A program made the translations under genes and the position numbers. The notes under the pieces were generated by a model. It was not told where the DNA came from. It ran no database searches and worked only from the letters and a program-made list of their open reading frames with translations. A stretch of 64,000 nucleotides of DNA from Candidatus Komeilibacteria bacterium (GTDB lineage: Bacteria > Patescibacteriota > Patescibacteriia > UBA1558). Position 1 is the stretch's first letter, and the number at the start of each line of letters is the position of its first letter. The DNA lies in contig JBLYPW010000002.1 in the NCBI GenBank assembly GCA_048538275.1, positions 103,927 to 167,926 on the forward strand, written 5' to 3'. This document shows positions 1-9,932 of this stretch, piece after piece.

Positions 1-68
1 ATCATTGGGCGGTGATCAAAAGAGATCGTCAAGAAAAAACAGCTTAATTTATTTATTATTTGGTGGGA

Positions 69-110
69 CCCAGCTGTAGAGATATGATCAATCATATCTC
101 TACAGCTGGG
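69..110 (+). promoter_or_regulatory. 42-bp perfect palindrome (19-bp arms around central TGATCA) in the rplA 5' leader; possible L1 autoregulatory or attenuator hairpin
   Basis: cccagctgtagagatatgat|caat|catatctctacagctggg read directly; sits about 25 nt upstream of the rplA RBS and ATG; no T-run after it. Confidence 0.45.
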
Positions 111-134
111 GTTATTACCACGAAAGGAAATTTT

Positions 135-809
135 ATGTCAAAAAGAATGAAGGCTGCTAAAGCCAAAATTGATAAAACCCAAAAATATCCAATTGCTGAA
201 GCAATTGCTTTGTTAAAGGAAGTTAGTCAGGTGAAGTTTGATCCAACGATAGAAATTCACGTGCGTTTGAATATTGATCCTAAAAAATCAGATCAACAAG
301 TACGGGGCGCAATTAATTTACCAAATGGCAGTGGCAAGCAGAGAAAGATTGCCGCTTTTGTTGGTCCGGACAAAGTTAAGGACGCACAAGGTGCTGGCGC
401 TAGTTTGGTTGGCGGCGAAGACTTGATTGCTGAGATAAAAAAAACCGGTAAAACCGATTTTGACGTTGCGGTGGCCACGCCTGATATGATGGCTAAATTG
501 GCGGTGATTGCCAAAAATTTGGGACAAAAGGGTTTGATGCCCAATCCTAAAGCCGGCACCATCACTACTGATATTAAGAAGGTTGTGACTGATTTGACTA
601 AAGGCATGATTAATATAAAGAATGACGCCAGTGGCAATGTACACGCTGCCGTTGGTAAGCTTTCTTTTACGGACGATAAGCTAGTTTCCAATGTTGAATA
701 TTTTATGGACGAATTAAAGAAGATGAAGGGTGAAGGAGTCAAAAGTAATTTTATTATAGCTGCTTATCTCACCTCATCTATGGGTCCGAGCGTGCCGATT
801 GCTTTCTAG
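135..809 (+). CDS. rplA: 50S ribosomal protein L1
   Basis: MSKRMKAAKAKIDK...NLPNGSGK...AVATPDMMAKL... is typical L1; RBS aaaggaaa at 124-131; the ORF-track start at 60 is an in-frame extension through the leader palindrome. Confidence 0.9.
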   Translation: MSKRMKAAKAKIDKTQKYPIAEAIALLKEVSQVKFDPTIEIHVRLNIDPKKSDQQVRGAINLPNGSGKQRKIAAFVGPDKVKDAQGAGASLVGGEDLIAEIKKTGKTDFDVAVATPDMMAKLAVIAKNLGQKGLMPNPKAGTITTDIKKVVTDLTKGMINIKNDASGNVHAAVGKLSFTDDKLVSNVEYFMDELKKMKGEGVKSNFIIAAYLTSSMGPSVPIAF

Positions 810-965
810 ATTATTGTTTGAATTTATTGATAAAACCCGTCTAGTCTTATTAGGTGGGTTTTTATTTACCCTCCAACCTTGAAGGTCTTGGGGTATGTTT
901 TCCACATTTGGTGAGTAATTGATATATCTGCTACAATAAAGAAAGCTAATTATTCTCACAAGCCT

Positions 966-1469
966 ATGAGCAAAGGAAAATCTAAGCATATTCGCCCCAG
1001 TTGGGATGAATATTTTTTAAAAATTATGGAAACGGTGGCTTTACGGGCTACTTGTGGTCGTGGTCGTGCCGGTTGTGTTATTACCCATGAAAATAGGATT
1101 ATTTCTACTGGTTATGTTGGCGCGCCACCGGGCATAGCGGATTGTGATGAGGTTGGCCATCTAATAATACAGTCAACTAATGAAAATGATGACTCTGGAG
1201 AATTGCATGACCATTGTGTACGGACGATTCATGCCGAGCAAAATGCTATTGTACATGCTGCGAGAGTGGGGACTGCTTTGCAGGGTTCAACATTATATTG
1301 TCGGATGGAGCCTTGTGCTGTTTGCGCCCGTCTGATTATTGCCGCTGGTATCAAAAGAGTAGTCTGCCAACATAAGTATCATACGGCTGGTTATACCAGA
1401 GATTTATTTAAGGAAGCAGGCGTGCGACTAGATGTTTTAAATGATAGTGATGTAACATATGAAACATAA
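966..1469 (+). CDS. dCMP deaminase (cytidine/deoxycytidylate deaminase zinc-binding family)
   Basis: HAEQNAI...CRMEPCAVCARLI zinc-binding motifs (H-A-E, P-C-x2-C). Confidence 0.8.
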   Translation: MSKGKSKHIRPSWDEYFLKIMETVALRATCGRGRAGCVITHENRIISTGYVGAPPGIADCDEVGHLIIQSTNENDDSGELHDHCVRTIHAEQNAIVHAARVGTALQGSTLYCRMEPCAVCARLIIAAGIKRVVCQHKYHTAGYTRDLFKEAGVRLDVLNDSDVTYET

Positions 1470-2049
1470 TAAATTAGTCTGTATAGTGGGTTTGACTGGT
1501 GCGGGAAAAACTGAAATTGCCAATTATTTTAAGGACCAGGGTTATGCCTATGTTCGTTTTGGTCAGATTACCCTAGATGAGGTTGCCAGGCGTGGCCTGG
1601 AGCCAACTGAGGAGAATGAAAGACCTATTCGTGAAGCTTTTAGAAAAGAATATGGACCGGCCGCTTATGCTATTTTAAATATGCCCAAATTTGATGCTGG
1701 GTTGCAGAAAAGCAATGTTATTGGTGATGGTTTATACAGTTGGGATGAGTTTAAAGTTCTCAAAGAAAAATATGGTGAAAATTTTATTGTCATTGCCGTG
1801 ATAGCCAAGGCCGGCATTAGATATGCTCGGTTGGTAAATAGAGCAGAAAAACACGGTGCTGATCCTAAGATGATTTATCGTTCTGCCACCTTTGAGGCTG
1901 CTCAAGCCAGAGATTATGCGGAGATTGAAAATATTGCTAAGGCGGGGCCAATTGTGATGGCTGATTATACGATTGTTAATGAAGGCACGATGGCAGAATT
2001 TCAAGAAAAAATAAAACAGTTATACAATACAATAAACAATGAAAATTAA
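1459..2049 (+). CDS. P-loop (d)NMP/nucleoside kinase-like protein
   Basis: Walker A VGLTGAGKTE near the N-terminus; embedded in the dTMP-synthesis operon with overlapping starts and stops. Confidence 0.5.
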   Translation: MKHNKLVCIVGLTGAGKTEIANYFKDQGYAYVRFGQITLDEVARRGLEPTEENERPIREAFRKEYGPAAYAILNMPKFDAGLQKSNVIGDGLYSWDEFKVLKEKYGENFIVIAVIAKAGIRYARLVNRAEKHGADPKMIYRSATFEAAQARDYAEIENIAKAGPIVMADYTIVNEGTMAEFQEKIKQLYNTINNEN

Positions 2050-2461
2050 AGTAAAAAAATTATATCCAGAGGTTCAGCTTCCTAGTTATGCCAATCAGGG
2101 AGACGCTGGCATGGACGTTTTTTCTTTAGAGGATAAAATATTACAGCCGGGAGAGCGGTATTTATTTAAACTGGGTTTTGCTATGGAAATCCCGGATGGA
2201 TACGTGGGGTTGTTTTGGGATAAATCCGGCATAGCCGCTAAACACGGTATTCATACTTTAGCCGGCGTTATTGATTCGGTTTATAGAGGAGAGTTTGGCG
2301 TGGTTATGTTAAACACCGGTGATGTAAGCTATGAATTTCAAAAAGGAGATAAACTTGCCCAGCTCTTAATACAGCCCATTGCCAATCCTGAGCTTGAAGA
2401 AGTTGCAGAGCTTTCGGATACTAGTAGAGGCGAAGGTGGCTGGGGCAGTACCGGTAAATAA
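2039..2461 (+). CDS. dut: dUTP diphosphatase
   Basis: LPSYANQGDAGMDV...RGEGGWGSTG are canonical dUTPase motifs. Confidence 0.9.
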   Translation: MKIKVKKLYPEVQLPSYANQGDAGMDVFSLEDKILQPGERYLFKLGFAMEIPDGYVGLFWDKSGIAAKHGIHTLAGVIDSVYRGEFGVVMLNTGDVSYEFQKGDKLAQLLIQPIANPELEEVAELSDTSRGEGGWGSTGK

Positions 2462-2476
2462 TTAGTTTATATAATT

Positions 2477-3373
2477 ATGCAACAATATTTGGATCTTTTG
2501 GACAAAATAATGAAGGAGGGAATTGATAAGGGCGACCGTACTGGCACGGGCACGCGTAGTATTTTTGGGCAACAAATGCGTTTTAATTTGGCGGACGGCT
2601 TTCCTTTATTGACTACAAAAAAAGTTCATCTCAAATCTATTATTCACGAACTAATTTGGTTTGTACACGGCGATACCAATATAAAATATTTAGTTGAAAA
2701 CGGTGTGCGTATATGGAATGAGTGGCCTTTTCAAAAATATTTGGAAGCCAATAATTTAACCGGCAAGTTTCCGAAATATACCTCTGAATGGGATGAGCAG
2801 ATGAAAATATTTGTTGACAAGATTAAAAATGATGATGAATTTGCTAATCAGTGGGGGAGTATAGGTCCTGGTTATGGCAAGCAGTGGCGTGATTTTAATG
2901 GCGTGGATCAGCTGGCGGAGGCTATTGAAAAAATAAAAAATAATCCCAATGATAGGCGTATTATTGTGTCAGCTTGGAATCCATTTGAGATAGACAAAAT
3001 GGCGTTGCCCCCTTGTCATATGTTTTATCAGTTTTATGTGGCCAATGGTAAATTATCATGTTTGATGTACCAACGCAGCTGCGATACTTTTTTAGGCGTA
3101 CCTTTTAATATCGCTTCTTATTCTTTGTTTACTATGATGGTTGCGCAAGTGACAGGTTTGCAGCCAGGAGAATTTATTCATGTATTGGGTGATACACATA
3201 TTTATAAAAATCATTTTGATCAAGTTCAAGAACAATTGAGCCGTGCTCCCAGGTCTTTGCCCACCATGAAGATAAATCCTCGGGTAAAGAATATTGAAGA
3301 TTTTGTTTATGAGGATTTTGAATTAATGGGTTATGATCCTTATCCGACAATTCATGCCCCAATATCTGTATGA
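2477..3373 (+). CDS. thyA: thymidylate synthase (ThyA)
   Basis: DRTGTGT...[11 protein letters not shown]...[12 protein letters not shown]...DTHIY; TGA stop overlaps the folA ATG (ATGA). Confidence 0.95.
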   Translation: MQQYLDLLDKIMKEGIDKGDRTGTGTRSIFGQQMRFNLADGFPLLTTKKVHLKSIIHELIWFVHGDTNIKYLVENGVRIWNEWPFQKYLEANNLTGKFPKYTSEWDEQMKIFVDKIKNDDEFANQWGSIGPGYGKQWRDFNGVDQLAEAIEKIKNNPNDRRIIVSAWNPFEIDKMALPPCHMFYQFYVANGKLSCLMYQRSCDTFLGVPFNIASYSLFTMMVAQVTGLQPGEFIHVLGDTHIYKNHFDQVQEQLSRAPRSLPTMKINPRVKNIEDFVYEDFELMGYDPYPTIHAPISV

Positions 3374-3870
3374 AAAAACCAAGGCTTAGCACCATAGTGG
3401 CTATAGACAAAAATAGAGGGATTGGTAAAAATAATAAATTATTATGTCATTTGCCCAGTGATTTACGTCGTTTTAAAAAGATCACTAGCGGGCATGCCAT
3501 TATAATGGGCAGCACCACCTTTGAATCTATTGGTCGTCCCTTGCCAAATCGTACCAATATTGTATTAGCTTTTGATAAAAATTATAAAGCCGAAGGCTGT
3601 TTGTTATTTCATGATTTAGATAAGGCGATTGCTCATGCCAAAACCATTGAACCAGAGGAGATATTTATCACCGGTGGGGCCTCTATTTACCAACAGACTA
3701 TTGATCAGATTGACCGGTTGTATATCACCGTTATTGACTATGTATTTGAGGCGGATACTTTTTTCCCGTCTTATGATGAATTTAATAAATTAATTAATAA
3801 AGAGGAGGGAGAAGACGGAGGTTATAAATATAAATTTTTAGTATTAGAAAAGGAGGACAAAAATGGCTAG
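3370..3870 (+). CDS. folA: dihydrofolate reductase
   Basis: [31 protein letters not shown]...[11 protein letters not shown] are DHFR motifs. Confidence 0.9.
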   Translation: MKKPRLSTIVAIDKNRGIGKNNKLLCHLPSDLRRFKKITSGHAIIMGSTTFESIGRPLPNRTNIVLAFDKNYKAEGCLLFHDLDKAIAHAKTIEPEEIFITGGASIYQQTIDQIDRLYITVIDYVFEADTFFPSYDEFNKLINKEEGEDGGYKYKFLVLEKEDKNG

Positions 3871-4477
3871 AGGATTGTTCATTAATTTTGAAAGCATAGA
3901 TGGCGGCGGCAAAGATACGCAAATCCCTTTGTTGAGCGAGCGGTTGCAAAATCTTGGGCACCAGTTATTTATAGGTGTGGAGCCTACTTATAATTTTCCA
4001 GCTGGTCAGCGTATTCGTCAGATTTTAGCTCATAAGCTACCGGCGCCAGAGCCGGCCAAGATGCAGTATTTATACTATGAGGATAGAGTTGCGCATGTTC
4101 ATACTATGCTTGAGCCTATTTTAGCAGCCGGGGCGATAGTTTTGGAAAACAGATATATGTTTTCTACTATGGCCTATGGTATTGCTTTTGGTGTAGATTA
4201 TGATTTGATTCGCCAGTGGCATAGTGATATGCCATTGCCGGATATTAATTTTTATTTAAAAGTATCTCCGGCAGTAGCGATTGAGCGTTTGACTAAAAAA
4301 GGCAAGCTAGAATATTTTGAGAAGTTAGAGTCCCTGACACGGATTAGCGAGTCTTATGATCAATTATGGCAACGAACGGAGTGGAAAGATTCAGTAGTCA
4401 TTATCAACGGTGAACAAACTATAGAGAAAATACACGAAGAGATATGGAGTCATATCCAAGCTAAACTGGTCGCCTAG
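3863..4477 (+). CDS. tmk: thymidylate kinase
   Basis: INFESIDGGGKDTQ P-loop; operon context. Confidence 0.85.
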   Translation: MARGLFINFESIDGGGKDTQIPLLSERLQNLGHQLFIGVEPTYNFPAGQRIRQILAHKLPAPEPAKMQYLYYEDRVAHVHTMLEPILAAGAIVLENRYMFSTMAYGIAFGVDYDLIRQWHSDMPLPDINFYLKVSPAVAIERLTKKGKLEYFEKLESLTRISESYDQLWQRTEWKDSVVIINGEQTIEKIHEEIWSHIQAKLVA

Positions 4478-4491
4478 CGACCAGTTTTTTT
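4466..4491 (+). terminator. rho-independent terminator after tmk
   Basis: ctggtcgc-ctag-cgaccag followed by T7. Confidence 0.7.
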
Positions 4492-4537
4492 ATCAACAAA
4501 GAGCAACACATTGGCTGTCTTGTGGCGTTTTTTACAC

Positions 4538-4566
4538 TTGTAAGCAAAAAGGTTTAATGCTAATAT
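4538..4566 (+). promoter_or_regulatory. candidate sigma70 promoter (TTGTAA-17-TAATAT) for the M23 peptidase gene
   Basis: hexamers read directly; 17-bp spacer. Confidence 0.3.
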
Positions 4567-4616
4567 TATTATATGCCAAAAATTCAACTTTTTAGGTTAA
4601 ATTCTGGTAAAAAAAT

Positions 4617-5852
4617 ATGAAATCAAGACTAAAGCAAAATTGGCTGGCCGCCTTTTTTTTGTTGATAATATTTCCCTTATTTACGGTGTTGTTTTATCAG
4701 CATTATATTGCTTATAATGATGATCAAGGCATTGCTGAGCAAGCAACCGCCGCGGAACCGCCTAACCAAGTTTTGACCATACCTATTGGTAGTGGTGACG
4801 CCTATGGGAAGCTAATGGCTGAGGCCGGGTGGAGCGTAGTTGATTATCAAGGTATTTACAATGCCGCGCACGATATTTATGACTTGGCTAATGTCAGAGC
4901 TGGTAAAGAATTAGAATTGACTATACGCAAAGAGGATAATGTTTTATTGGCATTGGTATATAAAATAGATAGTGAGGACGAATTGGTAGTAGAGCGACAA
5001 GAGACAGAGGATGGTGCAGATGCTTGGCAAGCTAATAAACAGCCAATACCTTATGATATAAAAATCAAACACGCTGACGGCACCGTAACTTCATCCATGT
5101 ATCAAGCAGCACAGGAAAATGATATTGATGAACGAGCGATTATTGCCTTGGCAAATGCTTTTCAATGGAGCATAGATTTTGCTATGGATCCACGAGTGGG
5201 TGATACTTTTCAGTTGGTTTATGAAGAGCGCTACTTGGATGGCAAGTATATAATGCCGGGCAAGGTATTAGCCGGTCAGTATATCAACGATGGTACTACA
5301 TTTGAGGTATATTATTTTGAGGAGGATGATAGTAATATTGGCTATTTTGATGCGGACGGTAATTCAGTCCAGAAAATGTTTTTGAAAGCGCCGGTAGAGT
5401 TTAAGTATATTTCTTCTGGCTATACTACTGGCACGCGTGTAGTGATGGAGGTGGGTTTAGTAGGGCCGCATCGGGCGATTGACTATGCTGCAACATATGG
5501 TAGCCCGATACGAGCGGTGGGTGATGGCGTGATTACTTCGGCCGGCTGGTCCGGTTGTTATGGTAATTTAACAGCTATCCGACACAATGCTACATATACC
5601 ACTCGTTATGCGCATCAGTCTAAGATTATTGTTAAAGTTGGCCAGCGTGTTAAGCAAGGCGAGGTCATTGGTTATGTTGGTTCTACTGGCTGTTCTACTG
5701 GTCCTCATGTTCATTTTGAAATGATAAAAAATGGCGTTAAAATTGATTCATTGCAAGAGGTTTTACCACCAGGTAAGCCCATTAAGGATGAACATAAAGA
5801 GCGTTTTTTCCAAACGATTGTTCCTTATCAAGCCATGTTTAAACAAAAGTAA
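4617..5852 (+). CDS. M23 family metallopeptidase (LytM-like) with N-terminal TM anchor
   Basis: C-terminal GYVGSTGCSTGPHVHFEM motif; hydrophobic N-terminus. Confidence 0.85.
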   Translation: MKSRLKQNWLAAFFLLIIFPLFTVLFYQHYIAYNDDQGIAEQATAAEPPNQVLTIPIGSGDAYGKLMAEAGWSVVDYQGIYNAAHDIYDLANVRAGKELELTIRKEDNVLLALVYKIDSEDELVVERQETEDGADAWQANKQPIPYDIKIKHADGTVTSSMYQAAQENDIDERAIIALANAFQWSIDFAMDPRVGDTFQLVYEERYLDGKYIMPGKVLAGQYINDGTTFEVYYFEEDDSNIGYFDADGNSVQKMFLKAPVEFKYISSGYTTGTRVVMEVGLVGPHRAIDYAATYGSPIRAVGDGVITSAGWSGCYGNLTAIRHNATYTTRYAHQSKIIVKVGQRVKQGEVIGYVGSTGCSTGPHVHFEMIKNGVKIDSLQEVLPPGKPIKDEHKERFFQTIVPYQAMFKQK

Positions 5853-5853
5853 T

Positions 5854-6573
5854 ATGGGAGAAAGGCATGATTTAGGATTTGTGCATCATCGTTCTTCGGC
5901 CATGGCGAATGCTATTCGCGAGGTGGTTTTTGGCATGGAAGATGGTATGGTCTCTACCCTTGGTGCGATAACTGGTATTGCCGTTGGTAGCCATAGCTCT
6001 TTTATGGTGCTGCTTTCTGGTCTGGTAATTATTATGGTAGAGTCTATTTCTATGGGCGTGGGTTCTTACTTATCAAATCGTTCGGCTCATGATATTGATA
6101 AGCGAAAGTTAGGAGAAGAGGAGTTTGAAATTAAACATTTTTTGCCAGAAGAAGCCGAAGAGATGTTGGAGCTGTTTCAACGTGATGGATGGCCGGATAG
6201 ATTAGCTATGGATATGGCAAAGGCAGCCAGCCAAGATAAGGATTTGATGCTAAAGGAAATGGCTTATCGTGAATTAAACGTTTATCCTTATAAGACAAAT
6301 CGATTTAGCCATAATGCTTGGTTTATGTTCACCTTTTATATTTTAGGCGGTTTTATTCCTTTAAGCGCTTATATTTTTTTCCCTCTACAGCCGGCCATGA
6401 TTATTTCCGTGATACTTACTTTGCTGGGTCTATTTATTTTAGGCGCAGTAGTAACAAAATATACGCGTCAGCTTTGGTGGAAAGGAGCTTTACGTATGTT
6501 ACTGTTGGGCGGTTTAGCCTTGGCAGTCGGTTATACTATAGGTAGGCTAGGGGATATGTTTTTAGCGGTTTAA
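5854..6573 (+). CDS. VIT1/CCC1-family membrane transporter (Fe/Mn)
   Basis: REVVFGMEDGMVSTLGAITGIAVG...; hydrophobic C-terminal half; start reassigned to the ATG right after the peptidase stop. Confidence 0.7.
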   Translation: MGERHDLGFVHHRSSAMANAIREVVFGMEDGMVSTLGAITGIAVGSHSSFMVLLSGLVIIMVESISMGVGSYLSNRSAHDIDKRKLGEEEFEIKHFLPEEAEEMLELFQRDGWPDRLAMDMAKAASQDKDLMLKEMAYRELNVYPYKTNRFSHNAWFMFTFYILGGFIPLSAYIFFPLQPAMIISVILTLLGLFILGAVVTKYTRQLWWKGALRMLLLGGLALAVGYTIGRLGDMFLAV

Positions 6574-6586
6574 TTTGATAAAAATA

Positions 6587-6616
6587 CCCAGCTCCTGGTA
6601 AGAAGCTGGGTTATTT
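6587..6616. terminator. bidirectional intrinsic terminator between convergent genes
   Basis: cccagct-N11-agctggg flanked by an A-run and a T-run. Confidence 0.6.
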
Positions 6617-6655
6617 CATATGGATATTAGGGGATAGAAAAGTTTGTATTTTTTA

Positions 6656-7156
6656 TTAAATTCTTTCAAATTCGGCAGTTTCTAATTCGGCTAAATAAAG
6701 TTCTAAACGTAGGGCATTGAGATGAAAGGGTTGGTAAGAAGCAACTGGAGATTCTTTTACCAAATACCACTGATTGTCACGTTTGAGAAAGATAGCCGTT
6801 CCATTTTGTACGTGCCTAATCTTATCATTGCTAAAATCATAGAGAATGTTAGGCATAGTAATGGGGACGGTCACAATCATAATTTGTTCATTGGCCTCTG
6901 TCTGTAAATAATTCATATTGCCATTATGCGCCAGTTGTAAAAGTTTATCAGCATTTTCTTGTCGCCAAGCATTTATGAGTATTTGTCCAGAATTAGTTTG
7001 CAGTGCGGCTAGATCTCTGTTTATGCAGGTCACTAAGGGAAAATTAGATTTGTCTAGCCAATCATCGTTGGCGTTATGCAAGCGCTCCCAAAGTAGAGTT
7101 AGTGATTCTTCTGATAAGATCAATTGACCAGTAATATAATCATATCCATATTTCAT
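6656..7156 (-). CDS. hypothetical protein
   Basis: 166-aa ORF with no recognisable motif. Confidence 0.4.
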   Translation of the reverse strand: MKYGYDYITGQLILSEESLTLLWERLHNANDDWLDKSNFPLVTCINRDLAALQTNSGQILINAWRQENADKLLQLAHNGNMNYLQTEANEQIMIVTVPITMPNILYDFSNDKIRHVQNGTAIFLKRDNQWYLVKESPVASYQPFHLNALRLELYLAELETAEFERI

Positions 7157-7272
7157 TGAATCCCTCCAATCTGTTAAAGAGCCTTTAATTTATTCCTCCA
7201 TTTTTTCTTATTTATATTATAGCGTAATATAAAAATTATTACTAATAGTGAGTAGTTATTTTTGTGGAAAAA

Positions 7273-8199
7273 CTATTTAATACTGGCAATGACTTTTTGT
7301 AGAAGCTTGGCAGATTTTTGTAATTGTTGTTTTTCCTGATTATTGAGTATGGGAGTCACAGTGTTGATTATGCCTTCACAACCCACTACTCGGGGCATGC
7401 TCAGACAAATATTTTTTATACCGTATTCTCCTTGCAGACGGTGAGAAAGCGGCAAAACCGTGTGTTCATCAAATAAAATAGCTTTGATTAAAGCTGTGGT
7501 CCCGGCGCCGATTGCATAATAAGTCGCTTGTTTTCCAGCGATAATGGCATAAGCAGCATTGCGGGCGGACTGGAATATTTTCTTTTTATCAATTGCAGGT
7601 ATTTTATGGTATTTATCTACTGGGGTATTGCCAATTGTAGCGGTACTCCAAATAGGGAATTCACTATCACCGTGTTCGCCGGCAATATAGGCATGCACGC
7701 TGCGTGGATTGACATTTAAATATTGGCCCAGCAACCAGCGAAAACGAGCAGAGTCAAGTAATGTTCCGGTACCCATAATTTGGTTGGCTTTTTTGGGGTA
7801 CATTTGGATAGCTAGATCGGTTAATATGTCTACGGGGTTAGTTACGATCACCAAAGTTATTTTGGCATTAGCACGGAATATTTTAGGTAAGATTTTTTTA
7901 AGAATAGCAGCGTTTTTTTTCACTAGACTTAAACGGCTTTCACCTGGTTTTTGATTAGCGCCACAAGCTATTATTGCTACGTCGCTATCTTTTATATCAT
8001 TATAATCACCGACTTTAACACGGCTATATCCTAAGAAAGGTAAGGCATGTTGTAAGTCCATTACCTGGGCTGTGACCAGCTCTTTATTTATATCAATAAG
8101 CGCTATTTCTTCCGGCAAATTAGCGGCTAGTAAGCTATAGGCAATGGTACTGCCGACAAAGCCGGCGCCAATGATAGTAACTTTATTTTGCGTATTCAT
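7273..8199 (-). CDS. ldh: L-lactate dehydrogenase
   Basis: IIGAGFVGST Rossmann; GEHGDSEF substrate motif; IVTNPVD. Confidence 0.85.
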   Translation of the reverse strand: MNTQNKVTIIGAGFVGSTIAYSLLAANLPEEIALIDINKELVTAQVMDLQHALPFLGYSRVKVGDYNDIKDSDVAIIACGANQKPGESRLSLVKKNAAILKKILPKIFRANAKITLVIVTNPVDILTDLAIQMYPKKANQIMGTGTLLDSARFRWLLGQYLNVNPRSVHAYIAGEHGDSEFPIWSTATIGNTPVDKYHKIPAIDKKKIFQSARNAAYAIIAGKQATYYAIGAGTTALIKAILFDEHTVLPLSHRLQGEYGIKNICLSMPRVVGCEGIINTVTPILNNQEKQQLQKSAKLLQKVIASIK

Positions 8200-8313
8200 A
8201 GGTTTAACTTGCTTTATTATTTATTAATTGTTTATATTATAAGCTATTGAGTTGATTTTAGATAGGGAGGGCTTTGACGAAGTGAGTAAAAAACATTATA
8301 ATTAAGCTATATT

Positions 8314-9603
8314 ATGAAACAATTCTGTTCCAATTTAGCGGGTCAATTTATTGGCCAAACAGTCACCCTCAAGGCTTGGGTGGCTAATTTTCGTAGTAGC
8401 GGTAAAATCTATTTTTTGGAGCTGCGTGATGGTTATGGTTATATACAAGCAATAGCTTCGCAGGGTGACGTAGATGAAGCATCTTGGCGTGCTCTGGGAG
8501 AGCTTAGTCTGGAAACGTCGGTTATTGTGGAAGGAGAAGTTGCCAAGCATCCCAAGAAAGATGCATATGAACTTCATTTGACTAGAGTGTCCATTGTGCA
8601 AAAAGCTGATGAATATCCGATTAGCAAAAAAGAGCATGGCATTGAATTTTTATTGGATCATCGGCATTTGTGGTTGCGTTCGTCTCGCCAGGTGGCTATT
8701 CAAAAAATACGCAATACAGTTATCAATGCCATTTATCAGTATTTAAATGATAATGGTTTTATTAAGATTGATTCGCCTATTTTGACGCCAACTGCCTGTG
8801 AAGGCACCACAGAGCTATTTGCTTTGGATTATTTTGATCAGCGTCAAGCTTATTTGTCCCAATCCGGCCAATTATATTTGGAAGCGGCTATTGCTGCACA
8901 TAGTCGCGTATTTGATTTTGGTCCGGTGTTTAGAGCGGAAAAATCTAAAACCAGACGGCATTTGACCGAGTTTTGGATGATGGACGCGGAAATGGCTTGG
9001 TTTGATCAAGAGGAAAATATGAAATTACAAGAAGAATTAATCAGCTATATCGTGGCTCAGGTATTGGAAAAAAATCAAATTGAATTAAATATTTTAGAAC
9101 GTAATCAAGAACCTTTAAAAAAAATAAAGTCACCTTTTATTCGGATGACGCACGCAGAGGTAGTAGTCAAGCTTAATAAATTAGGTAGTAATATTAAGCC
9201 CAATGAGGATTTGGGTGGCGATGACGAGACTTTACTTACCGCTGATGCGCAGGTGCCAATATTTGTTACTGATTGGCCGGCCGAAATAAAGGCTTTTTAC
9301 ATGAAGCGCGATAAGGCTGATAAATTGGCTTTATGTGATGATATGATTGCGCCGGAAGGTTTTGGTGAGATTATCGGCGGCAGTCAAAGAGAAGATGATT
9401 ATGACACTTTATTAAAACGTATAAAAGATCATAAATTACCGGTCAAGGATTTTCAGTGGTATTTGGATTTACGTAAGTATGGCAGCGTGCCTCATTCTGG
9501 ATTTGGGATTGGTTTAGAACGTTTGGTGGGTTGGCTATGCGGCACGAAACATATTAGAGAAACCATTCCTTTCCCACGGTTGATTAATAGATTGGAGCCT
9601 TAG
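8314..9603 (+). CDS. asnS: asparaginyl-tRNA synthetase (class IIb)
   Basis: GPVFRAEKSKTRRHLTEFWMMDAEMAW motif 2; C-terminal GFGIGLERL motif 3. Confidence 0.8.
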   Translation: MKQFCSNLAGQFIGQTVTLKAWVANFRSSGKIYFLELRDGYGYIQAIASQGDVDEASWRALGELSLETSVIVEGEVAKHPKKDAYELHLTRVSIVQKADEYPISKKEHGIEFLLDHRHLWLRSSRQVAIQKIRNTVINAIYQYLNDNGFIKIDSPILTPTACEGTTELFALDYFDQRQAYLSQSGQLYLEAAIAAHSRVFDFGPVFRAEKSKTRRHLTEFWMMDAEMAWFDQEENMKLQEELISYIVAQVLEKNQIELNILERNQEPLKKIKSPFIRMTHAEVVVKLNKLGSNIKPNEDLGGDDETLLTADAQVPIFVTDWPAEIKAFYMKRDKADKLALCDDMIAPEGFGEIIGGSQREDDYDTLLKRIKDHKLPVKDFQWYLDLRKYGSVPHSGFGIGLERLVGWLCGTKHIRETIPFPRLINRLEP

Positions 9604-9932
9604 TTATGAATAAAACAAATAACAGCGCGTGCATAAATGGTCAGAATTTGTATATGGCAACAAAGGCAAGTCCCCAGGGTGCGTGGTTTGTTAATTTAAA
9701 AAAAGTTTAAAATATATTAAAAAGTAAGTATAGCGTCAGCAAGACTCTTGGTTTTCTAGGTTATGTTAAGGAAAATTACGTAAAAATAAAAAGGCTCCTC
9801 AGGCACAGGGCCGTTCGGATCCTTTTCTATCTATGTCTATTATATGATGGTTATAAATCAAGGTAATGACAAAAAATACTGTAAAAAAGCCAAAATTTAA
9901 CAAAAAAGCTACTTTAGTTAATTAGTAAACAT

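Noticed and set aside
293-742. Antisense ORFs inside rplA (and similar antisense ORFs in the ORF track inside dnaK 45306-46341, cysS 48127-48468, GT genes, etc.)
   Set aside because: They lie opposite strongly supported genes, have no motifs, and are shadows of AT- or GC-biased codons.
6318-6545. 75-aa + strand ORF inside the VIT transporter gene (alternate frame)
   Set aside because: It overlaps a well-supported CDS in another frame. No independent signal.
9604-9932. Possible T-box riboswitch upstream of aspS (AGGGTGCGTGG resembles part of the T-box sequence)
   Set aside because: The match is partial. The canonical GGUGGNACCGCG is not present. It lies about 250 nt from the start, with no adjacent terminator/antiterminator pair.
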